From positions 32,001-96,000 of the forward strand of contig JBDRRF010000067.1 in assembly GCA_043825875.1 (NCBI GenBank): a stretch of DNA of 64,000 nt, read 5' to 3'. Positions within the stretch are counted from its first letter, which is position 1, and every line of letters starts with the position of its first letter. Both the position numbers and the translations under genes were made by a program. Origin of the DNA: Pseudomonadota bacterium (GTDB lineage Bacteria; Desulfobacterota; Desulfobacteria; Desulfobacterales; RPRI01). The notes beneath the pieces are model-generated. The model did not search any database, was not told where the DNA came from, and worked only from the letters and a program-made list of their open reading frames with translations. Of the stretch, positions 1 to 7,739 are shown one piece after another.

Positions 1-1580
1 AATTAAGCAATACTTTATTTACCGTACAAAATGTTCAAAAAAAATCAACCGTAAGAAACCCCTTTCCGCCGTTCATTACAAGTAAGTTGCAACAGGAAGC
101 CATTACAAAACTAAAATTTTCTGCTAAAAAAACAATGGTTGTGGCCCAACAGCTTTACGAAGGAATAGATCTTGGCCCCGGGGAACCGGTTGGATTGATA
201 ACTTACATGAGAACCGATTCCACAAGAATATCCAAAGAATCGGCGGAAGAAGCATTAATGCTGATAAAAGATACTTTCGGGGAACAATATGCTCTTAAGG
301 AACCAAGGTTTTTTAAAAACACTAAAAAGGTTCAGGATGCCCATGAAGCAATACGCCCTTCATCGGTTTACAATACCCCTGAAAAAGTTGCACCTTATCT
401 TTCTAAAGAACAGCTTGATCTATATACTCTTATCTGGAAACGCTTTGTAGCATCGCAGATGACTCAGGCCATAATAGACAAAGTAACCGTATCCGTATCT
501 GCTGGCCCGTATACTTTTAATGCAAGCGGATCAAGTGTCAAATTCCCCGGTTTCATGTCTCTTTATTTGACCGCAGATGATGAACAGGAAGAAGAAGAAA
601 AGAAAAAAATGCTCCCCGATATTGCAGAGGGTATGGTTTTAAATTTAAACAAACTTGATCCTAAACAGCACTTTACGCAACCACCCCCAAGATTTTCCGA
701 AGCATCTCTTGTGAAAGAACTTGAAGAAAACGGGATCGGGCGCCCCAGTACATATGCTGCTATCCTTTCAACCATAAGGGAAAAAGGTTACGTTGATTTC
801 ATAAAAGGCTATTTTAAGCCAAGTGAACTTGGATTTATAGTAAATGATCTTTTGGTAGAAAGCTTTCCAAATATAGTTAATGTTGATTTTACTGCCAAAA
901 TGGAAGATGACCTTGATCGGATAGAAGGTAAGGAAGCAAATGCGCTTGATGTTCTCAGCAGTTTTTATACACCTTTTAAAATTGAGCTTGATAAGGCTTC
1001 GGAAGATATGTTGAGCATAAAAGGAGTTGGTTTCCCTACAGGCCTGAAATGTCCTGAATGCGATAATGAACTAAAAATTAAAGTTGGGAAAAACGGCCAT
1101 TTTCTTGCCTGTAGCGCTTATCCGAAATGTTCTTATTCCAGAAATTATAATCGCGATGAAAAAGGGGTAATTTCACCTGTAAACGTTCCTGAAAGTGAAG
1201 CTACGGATTTGTTTTGTGATAAATGCCAAAAGCCCATGGTGTTAAAGCACGGCAAGTACGGAGATTTCTTTGCCTGCTCCGGCTATCCTGACTGCAAGAA
1301 CACGCAATCTATAAATTCAGACGGACAAACAAGCAATACAGGAATTAAATGCCCGGAACAGAAATGTACAGGTGAAATCGTCGGGAAAAAATCGAAAAGA
1401 GGGAAGCTCTTTTATGGCTGCAACCGTTATCCTGAATGTACTTATGCAACCTGGGACAAACCGATTGAACAAAATTGTCCCTCATGCGGTGCGAACTTTC
1501 TTCTTGAAAAAACCACAAAAAAAAGCGGCACGGTTTTATATTGTATAGTGCAAGATTGCGGTTACAAAGAAAATATATGA
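1..1580 (+). CDS. topA: DNA topoisomerase I (type IA), 5'-truncated by window edge
   Basis: Frame is open from window start (PPFITSKLQQEA). Contains GLITYMRTDS active-site motif, QDAHEAIRP, GIGRPSTYA and C-terminal C4 zinc ribbons. Confidence 0.97.
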   Translation, partial: LSNTLFTVQNVQKKSTVRNPFPPFITSKLQQEAITKLKFSAKKTMVVAQQLYEGIDLGPGEPVGLITYMRTDSTRISKESAEEALMLIKDTFGEQYALKEPRFFKNTKKVQDAHEAIRPSSVYNTPEKVAPYLSKEQLDLYTLIWKRFVASQMTQAIIDKVTVSVSAGPYTFNASGSSVKFPGFMSLYLTADDEQEEEEKKKMLPDIAEGMVLNLNKLDPKQHFTQPPPRFSEASLVKELEENGIGRPSTYAAILSTIREKGYVDFIKGYFKPSELGFIVNDLLVESFPNIVNVDFTAKMEDDLDRIEGKEANALDVLSSFYTPFKIELDKASEDMLSIKGVGFPTGLKCPECDNELKIKVGKNGHFLACSAYPKCSYSRNYNRDEKGVISPVNVPESEATDLFCDKCQKPMVLKHGKYGDFFACSGYPDCKNTQSINSDGQTSNTGIKCPEQKCTGEIVGKKSKRGKLFYGCNRYPECTYATWDKPIEQNCPSCGANFLLEKTTKKSGTVLYCIVQDCGYKENI

Positions 1581-1604
1581 GTAAATTGTTATTGGAGGAC
1601 CGGT

Positions 1605-2447
1605 ATGAAATTTGGTAACTATGATTGCTTTTCAATAGAACTAGGAGATTTTGTTTTAGATGGTGGTGCCATGTTCGGTGTTGTTCCAAAAATTTTATGG
1701 GAAAAGAAAATACCGGCTGATAAAAATAATTTTATCCCCATGAAAGCAAGGTCTCTTTTAATACAGGGAAACGGGAAAAATATCCTTGTTGATAATGGCC
1801 CAGGAAGCAAATTGTCCGAAAAAATGAAAAATATTTATAGAATCGATGATCAAACAACTGATATTAAGGCTATACTTTCAAAACACCAACTGACATGCGA
1901 TGATATTACCGATGTAATTATAACCCACCTTCATTTTGATCATGCAGGGGGCTCAACTATAGTAAAAGATAATAATATAGTCCCGACATTTCCTGCGGCA
2001 AAATACTATGTGCAAAAAAGCCAGTTTGAAGCAGCCATAAATCCCGGCATAAAAGAAGCCGGAAGTTATTTTGAAGAAAATTTTCTGCCTTTGGAAAAAT
2101 CCGGCGTCCTGGAAATTCTTGATGGTCCTGCGGATTTATTTGATGGCATAGAAATTATTATATCAAATGGTCACACTCCGGGACAGCAACATCCGCTTGT
2201 AAAGGGGAAGGAAGCCTCACTTTTTTATTGCGCCGATCTTATTCCTACCTCAGCCCATATCCCGATTCCATGGCATATGGCATATGATAATGAACCATTA
2301 TCTATTCTTGATGAAAAACAGGAAATACTTTCTAAAACTATATTGGGAAACTGGATCTTATTTTTCGAACACGACCCTTTAGTGGCTGCCGCTTCAGTTA
2401 AAAAAGGCGATAAAGGCATTACTATAGATAAAATCATTACTATTTAA
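1605..2447 (+). CDS. MBL-fold metallo-hydrolase (YtnP-like)
   Basis: THLHFDHAGG, LDGGAMFGVVPK and GHTPG motifs; GGAGG RBS. Confidence 0.9.
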   Translation: MKFGNYDCFSIELGDFVLDGGAMFGVVPKILWEKKIPADKNNFIPMKARSLLIQGNGKNILVDNGPGSKLSEKMKNIYRIDDQTTDIKAILSKHQLTCDDITDVIITHLHFDHAGGSTIVKDNNIVPTFPAAKYYVQKSQFEAAINPGIKEAGSYFEENFLPLEKSGVLEILDGPADLFDGIEIIISNGHTPGQQHPLVKGKEASLFYCADLIPTSAHIPIPWHMAYDNEPLSILDEKQEILSKTILGNWILFFEHDPLVAAASVKKGDKGITIDKIITI

Positions 2448-2470
2448 TATTAGCTTTTGCTATTAGAAAT

Positions 2471-2577
2471 AACTCCTCCCGCACCGCTTTTTGATTGTGG
2501 TTTTTAAATTAAGAACCTTACAGTACTTATTTCAAAGCAATCCAGCCATAATCCAGCCGATTGGGCAGGAGTTTTTT
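2471..2577. terminator. Long imperfect stem-loop between convergent genes, possible terminator
   Basis: AACTCCT-CCC ... GGGCAGGAGTT outer arms, GATTGTGG/CCATAATC inner arms, followed by a T-run. Confidence 0.4.
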
Positions 2578-2590
2578 CTAAAAAAGCTGC

Positions 2591-3403
2591 TTAAAATTCA
2601 AGCGAAGCATTCAATCCGCAAACTAAAGTGTTGTCAAGTTTTCCATTAACATTATAGGGGCTCCCGTCTATCATTCTGTCAGCTCTTTTTGAAAGCGGAA
2701 ACCAGTACTGTACTACAGGCTGTATCGAAGCATTTCCGGCAATCGGAATAGTAAATCCGGCCATAACCATGCCATCATGAAATGCCTTATATTTTTCACC
2801 GGTGTATGCACTTGTTGATCTTTCGTATGTTTTCCAATAATCGGAATCTCCTATAAAATAACCGGCTGAAGCACCCAAATCCAAAGTAATTTCTTTAACA
2901 ATCGGAATAGAATGTGACAGTGAAAAATTGATATATGTTCCTGAATATTCGTTGATATCACGATATACAGCCAATGTTGGGCATAAAAGAACATCTAAGC
3001 TGGCCGACAGGAAAATTTCCTCAGTCTGGTCCGCATATCGCGTGCTGTAGAAAATATAACCGCCTGTAAGTGCAAGTTTGTCTATTTCATAAGTATAGCT
3101 TAATGTAAGGTCGGTTTCGTTGAAGCTTTGCTCATCTGCTATGTCAGGAACAAAAGACTGAGTTGCGTTTTCATTAGTATCGATATTTCCCCAAAGTGAT
3201 GCGCTGAATCCTTTGTAGGAAGCCTCCAGCGCAGGCTGGATGATTGCACTATCCTTGCTTAATTCATAGCCCCTGAAGACATACTTGTTAAAAATCCCAA
3301 CCGAAGCGCTCCCTGATACCACATCTTCTTCTGCATAGACCACAGATGTAGCTATCGTAATAATTATTAAAAATAAAGCTGCCGATAATAAATATTTTTT
3401 CAT
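2591..3403 (-). CDS. TorF/TIGR02001-like putative outer-membrane beta-barrel protein
   Basis: Signal peptide, KYVFRGY, ETDLTLSY and C-terminal Phe. GGAGG RBS favours ATG at 3403 over TTG at 3415. Confidence 0.7.
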   Translation of the reverse strand: MKKYLLSAALFLIIITIATSVVYAEEDVVSGSASVGIFNKYVFRGYELSKDSAIIQPALEASYKGFSASLWGNIDTNENATQSFVPDIADEQSFNETDLTLSYTYEIDKLALTGGYIFYSTRYADQTEEIFLSASLDVLLCPTLAVYRDINEYSGTYINFSLSHSIPIVKEITLDLGASAGYFIGDSDYWKTYERSTSAYTGEKYKAFHDGMVMAGFTIPIAGNASIQPVVQYWFPLSKRADRMIDGSPYNVNGKLDNTLVCGLNASLEF

Positions 3404-3580
3404 TTTTTCCTCCAAATCTAATTTAAATAATAAATATATTTTTGTTACCCTTCAAAAAAACTCTTGCTTACAGTCATATATACGCATGAAAATAATTCTT
3501 ACACCGATCGTTTCTTTTCCATCCACCCCCTTTGCAAATATTTTGGTTTTTGATTAGTATTCTTGCTCTGACATGAATAT

Positions 3581-3596
3581 AGCTATAACCGTGCCA
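3581..3596 (-). promoter_or_regulatory. sigma54 -24/-12 promoter for the TorF-like gene
   Basis: Minus strand reads TGGCACGGTTATAGCT (GG-N10-GC). Confidence 0.7.
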
Positions 3597-3739
3597 AAGC
3601 TTAACCATTTGATTTCATGAGATAAGTATACAATTGTATATTACAATAGTGTAATATTAATATAATATATTTACATTTATGTATTGTTTGGCATGTTTTA
3701 TTGGGGCTGGTTTGTATAAGTTCAATGGTTTAAAACTGA

Positions 3740-3883
3740 AGAGCCAGTTCCGAAACGCCCCATTTTGGCCGATCTCTGCGTTGGGCTCAAATTTCAATCC
3801 TCGAAATACTAAATGTATTCCTGTGGTTGAAATTCTCTCCCGCCTTGAGCTTGACCAAACTGAAACGTTTTGAAAGTGGCTCT
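3740..3883 (+). mobile_element. MITE-like element, copy 1 (144 bp)
   Basis: Terminal inverted repeats AGAGCCAGTTCCGAAACG / CGTTTTGAAAGTGGCTCT; near-identical inverted copy at 29549-29690. Confidence 0.8.
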
Positions 3884-3912
3884 AAACTTATTCTTTTAAA
3901 AAGCAGAGCCTA

Positions 3913-4974
3913 TTAAGAATAAATGATATTATAGGGAAGAGGGGGATATTTCCATACTCCCGGAACCGGCAGAATGTATTGAGCCTCAACAGCCTGCCAG
4001 TAGAGATCGGGCCTTAGCTCTCTTAACTTTCCATCATCCGGTGGTCTTGCATGATCAGTGAAAGAATAAATTACCTGGAATATACAAATACTATCCTTTT
4101 TATCTTTAGCCACAACATAATGTTTCTTGAAAACATTAGGAGAAATAAAGTTTGATGTGGAAATCTGATTAATTTCATCATCACCAAGCTTCATCAATAT
4201 TGCTTTTGAAACCCCGCGTTCTGAAATCCGAATCAACGCCCTTGAACCGCTACTTCCAACATAAACAGTTGTAATGCAGGGAATCCTTTTAAAGTACTGT
4301 GCAGCCACTATCGCGGCAGTTCTTCTGCCTCCTGCCATTACAGGAAGAGCATAATACTCATAAAATTTTTTCTGGATATCTTCTGCGTACTTATCTCCTT
4401 TTTCATAAATATCCTTTGAAATATAACGGAGGTTGCTTGCAAGATTTTCAGCTGCTTCCATCACAGGCCAATCTATCCGTACATGAAAATGCGACAGGAT
4501 ATATCTGTCATTTATTCTGCTTGCAGGATCCCTTTGAATTAGAAGGGCATAATCAACGGGAAGCAGCATCCGTGTAAAATCAAAGAAACGCGCCGAATCA
4601 AAAAATTTTTGGGTTCTGTCAAATTTACAGGAAAGCGGCAAAGTTTTTGACTTTAATATATTATCCTTGGTTGTTTTATTTATATCATAGAAACTGATAT
4701 ATTTTTTATGGTCCGCAGATATTGAGTCTTCAACAAATATTATAAGAAAAGTATTCTGAGCTTCATACTCTATGTCGGTTATTCGGGCGCGGGGTTTTAG
4801 TTCGCGTTTTTCAACGAAAGGATAGTCTGTATTTTTGCTTAAAAAATTATTATAGGAATCAACAAGGGCATATTGGAGCAAAAACTGGTCAAGGTCATCT
4901 CTTAACAACTCATAATATGAGCGTCTCAACTTATTAGCCTGACTTAACGATTCTCTTACGCTCCAGAAAGTCAC
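3913..4974 (-). CDS. Hypothetical protein (353 aa)
   Basis: Long ORF with GTG start and AGGAG RBS; no motif recognised. Confidence 0.8.
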   Translation of the reverse strand: MTFWSVRESLSQANKLRRSYYELLRDDLDQFLLQYALVDSYNNFLSKNTDYPFVEKRELKPRARITDIEYEAQNTFLIIFVEDSISADHKKYISFYDINKTTKDNILKSKTLPLSCKFDRTQKFFDSARFFDFTRMLLPVDYALLIQRDPASRINDRYILSHFHVRIDWPVMEAAENLASNLRYISKDIYEKGDKYAEDIQKKFYEYYALPVMAGGRRTAAIVAAQYFKRIPCITTVYVGSSGSRALIRISERGVSKAILMKLGDDEINQISTSNFISPNVFKKHYVVAKDKKDSICIFQVIYSFTDHARPPDDGKLRELRPDLYWQAVEAQYILPVPGVWKYPPLPYNIIYS

Positions 4975-5096
4975 AATTTATTCTCCTGATATTTTGTTTT
5001 TATATAGGTGGTTTATAGCATTGTTTAAGAATACAGTCAATGCTAATAATAAAGTAAAAACAAATCTTGGGAAATAAACCGAAATTATAATTCTTA

Positions 5097-6098
5097 TTAG
5101 TTTGTAAAAAGTTTAATTTGATTACGCCCTTCTTCTTTTGCCTGATAAAGAGCCTTATCTGCCATTGTTATAAATGAAGCATATAATGAATCCTGCATTG
5201 GGACCCCTCCCGCAACTCCCATACTTACAGTAACTATTTTTGCTACAGGAGAAAATTCATGTGGCATATTCAAATCCTGTATTGACAATCTTAGTCTTTC
5301 AGCAACTATTATTGCGTCATTTGCATCTGTATCTGAAAGCACAGCAACGAACTCTTCACCTCCGTAACGCGCAATAAGATCTCTCGGTCTTTTAGAAGCT
5401 TCATTTAGAACTCTTCCTACCTGTTTGAGACACTCATCACCAGCTTGATGGCCATAATTATCATTAAAAGCCTTAAAATGGTCTATATCTATCATAACAA
5501 ATGACAAAGGTGTTCTCTCCCGAATAGCGTTTCTCCATTCTTTATCAACAAAATCATCAAAATGCCGGCGATTTGGAATTCCTGTCAATCCGTCTATGGA
5601 AGAAAGATCCTGTAGTATGCTGTTAGCTTTTTCAAGTTCTTTTTTTACTATCAGCAATTCTTCTACTTTTTGTTTTAGCTCAAGTGACTGTTCATTAATA
5701 AGCCTTTTTTGATTATACAAAGCAAGGAAAATCTTTACCTTGCTCATCAGGATAATCGGTTCTATGGGCTTAAATAAAAAATCAACAGCCCCTGCTTCAT
5801 AACCACTCAATAAATATTTTTGCTCCTTACTGATCGCAGTCAAAAAAATTATGGGGACGCTTTTACTTCTTTTAATTCCCTGCATAAGCTTTGCAGTTTC
5901 ATAGCCGTCCATTTCAGGCATCTGCACATCAAGAAGTATAAGAGCAAAGTCGTATTCCAAAACAAGGCCAAGGGCTTCATTGCCTGAAGATGCTTTTACA
6001 ATATTTAATTCAGGATTCTCAAGCAACGCTTCCAGAGCAATTAAATTCTCCGGCCTGTCATCTACAATAAGTATGTCTGTTTTTTCCTTAAAAGTCAT
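5097..6098 (-). CDS. Response-regulator diguanylate cyclase (REC-coiled coil-GGDEF)
   Basis: REC (IVDD, LLDVQMPEMDG), DGLTG, RPRD I-site and RYGGEEF. Confidence 0.95.
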   Translation of the reverse strand: MTFKEKTDILIVDDRPENLIALEALLENPELNIVKASSGNEALGLVLEYDFALILLDVQMPEMDGYETAKLMQGIKRSKSVPIIFLTAISKEQKYLLSGYEAGAVDFLFKPIEPIILMSKVKIFLALYNQKRLINEQSLELKQKVEELLIVKKELEKANSILQDLSSIDGLTGIPNRRHFDDFVDKEWRNAIRERTPLSFVMIDIDHFKAFNDNYGHQAGDECLKQVGRVLNEASKRPRDLIARYGGEEFVAVLSDTDANDAIIVAERLRLSIQDLNMPHEFSPVAKIVTVSMGVAGGVPMQDSLYASFITMADKALYQAKEEGRNQIKLFTN

Positions 6099-6130
6099 AA
6101 CAAATCTCCGTTTTATTATCTTACAGACAG

Positions 6131-6715
6131 CTACTGTTTGAGAAAACCGGCAAGTAGCAAACCAATTTTATCCAGAGTTAAAATATAATCAATTTCGGAA
6201 ACTGCTATCGCAGCTAAGGGCATTGAATCACGCTCAGCAGTAAATGGGTCCTGGACAATTGCAAGCCCTCCGTATTCCTTTATTTTATGCAGGCCTTGGC
6301 TGCCGTCACTGTTGGCTCCGGTAAGAATTGTACCGATAAGCTTTTCTCCGTAGGCATCTGCAGCAGTTTCAAACAAAACATCAATCGAAGGTCTCGCATA
6401 GTTGATATGTCCGGAAACAGACAAAGAAAATGTTTCGTCTTCCTCTACCATCAAATGGTAGTTAGGTGGAGCAGTATAAACTACTCCACCCTTAATTATT
6501 TCTTTTTCTTCGGCTTCTTTTATTTTTATATGGCATTGCCTGCTTAACACTTGATGCAACCCTCTTGATTGTGGAGATAAATGCAAAACAACAATTATTG
6601 CCTGTTTAAAATCATCCGGCAAATAGGATAAAATGATACCAAGAGCCTCAATTCCCCCGGTCGAAGCTCCAATTACAACTGCCCTATATTTATTCATCAA
6701 TTCAGCTTTACTCAT
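6131..6715 (-). CDS. cheB: CheB-type methylesterase, stand-alone (no REC domain)
   Basis: IGASTGG, RPSIDVLF and LTGANSDG motifs. Confidence 0.93.
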   Translation of the reverse strand: MSKAELMNKYRAVVIGASTGGIEALGIILSYLPDDFKQAIIVVLHLSPQSRGLHQVLSRQCHIKIKEAEEKEIIKGGVVYTAPPNYHLMVEEDETFSLSVSGHINYARPSIDVLFETAADAYGEKLIGTILTGANSDGSQGLHKIKEYGGLAIVQDPFTAERDSMPLAAIAVSEIDYILTLDKIGLLLAGFLKQ

Positions 6716-6738
6716 ATATATAGTTGTTCAGGTTTTTA

Positions 6739-6889
6739 GGTTCACGGTTCACGGTTCACAGTTGGTTACTTGAGCCTTTCATATTTCTTGAGATAGTTAA
6801 TAAATCCACGTACGGCGGCACGGGTTCGTCTGGCTTGCACGTAGATTTCGAACTCTAACCTTGAACCCTTGAACCTTGAACCTTGAACC
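6739..6889. repeat. Inverted heptamer tandem repeats (GGTTCAC x3 / TTGAACC x4)
   Basis: Tracts at 6739-6759 and 6861-6889 are near reverse complements of each other. Confidence 0.85.
6766..6849 (-). pseudogene. 3' remnant of a four-helix-bundle protein gene
   Basis: Minus frame reads EIYVQARRTRAAVRGFINYLKKYERLK*, resembling the GFIxYL C-terminus of TIGR02436-type proteins. It is enclosed by heptamer repeats and has no start codon. Confidence 0.55.
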
Positions 6890-6914
6890 AGTAAACCATG
6901 GTAATTACCATGGT

Positions 6915-7739
6915 TTATGATATTTTTCTGTAGATAGCTTCACCTTCTACCGCATTCTCAAAATTATCGGCACATTCTGAAAATCTTATGCTCTCTTTTG
7001 AACCCAAACAAAGAAATCCTCCGTGACAAAGGCTTTCATGGAAAAGGTTTAAAACGCGATTCTGCAATGTCTTATCAAAATAGATAAGAACATTTCTGCA
7101 CATAATCAAATTCATTTCACCGAATACCCCGTCTGTTACCAGATTATGGTCGGCAAATACTACATTTGCTTTCAGATCCTTCTCCATTATCGCTGAATCA
7201 TATTTTGCCGTATAGTAGTCGGAAAACGATCTTATTCCACCGGCTTTTATATAGTTGGAAATATATTTTTTCATATGATCAATTGGGAATATACCATCTC
7301 TTGCCTTACAGAGGATAACCTCATTGAAATCAGTTGCGTAAATCTGTGTTCTTTTATAAATAGCTTCTTCTTTAAGCAGAATGGCCATAGAATAAACCTC
7401 TTCACCTGATGAACATCCGGCATTCCATATTTTAATAAACGGGTATGTTTCTAAGATCGGTATCACTTCTGTTCTAAGCGCTAAGTAGAATGAAGGATCA
7501 CGGAACATTTCAGTTACATTTATAGAAAGATCCAATAGCAGGGTTTCAAAAAATATAGTGTCATATAAAAGTTTATGCTGCATCGCAGAAAGGCTTTGAA
7601 GCCCTGAAGCTGTTAGCCTGTGCACTAATCTCCGTTTAATGGAAGCCATTGAGTAATTTCTGAAATCATAGCCATATTTCAGAAAAATTGATTCTAAAAG
7701 AAGTTTTATCTCAATATTTTCACTTTCCATGGATTTCAA
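6915..7739 (-). CDS. cheR: CheR-type protein-glutamate O-methyltransferase
   Basis: YGYDFRNY, VTEMFRDP, WNAGCSSGEEVYS and CRNVLIYF motifs. Start may be ATG at 7730. Confidence 0.95.
   Translation of the reverse strand: MKSMESENIEIKLLLESIFLKYGYDFRNYSMASIKRRLVHRLTASGLQSLSAMQHKLLYDTIFFETLLLDLSINVTEMFRDPSFYLALRTEVIPILETYPFIKIWNAGCSSGEEVYSMAILLKEEAIYKRTQIYATDFNEVILCKARDGIFPIDHMKKYISNYIKAGGIRSFSDYYTAKYDSAIMEKDLKANVVFADHNLVTDGVFGEMNLIMCRNVLIYFDKTLQNRVLNLFHESLCHGGFLCLGSKESIRFSECADNFENAVEGEAIYRKIS

Noticed and set aside
3679..3873. 64-aa ORF
   Set aside because: It lies mostly within the MITE-like repeat.
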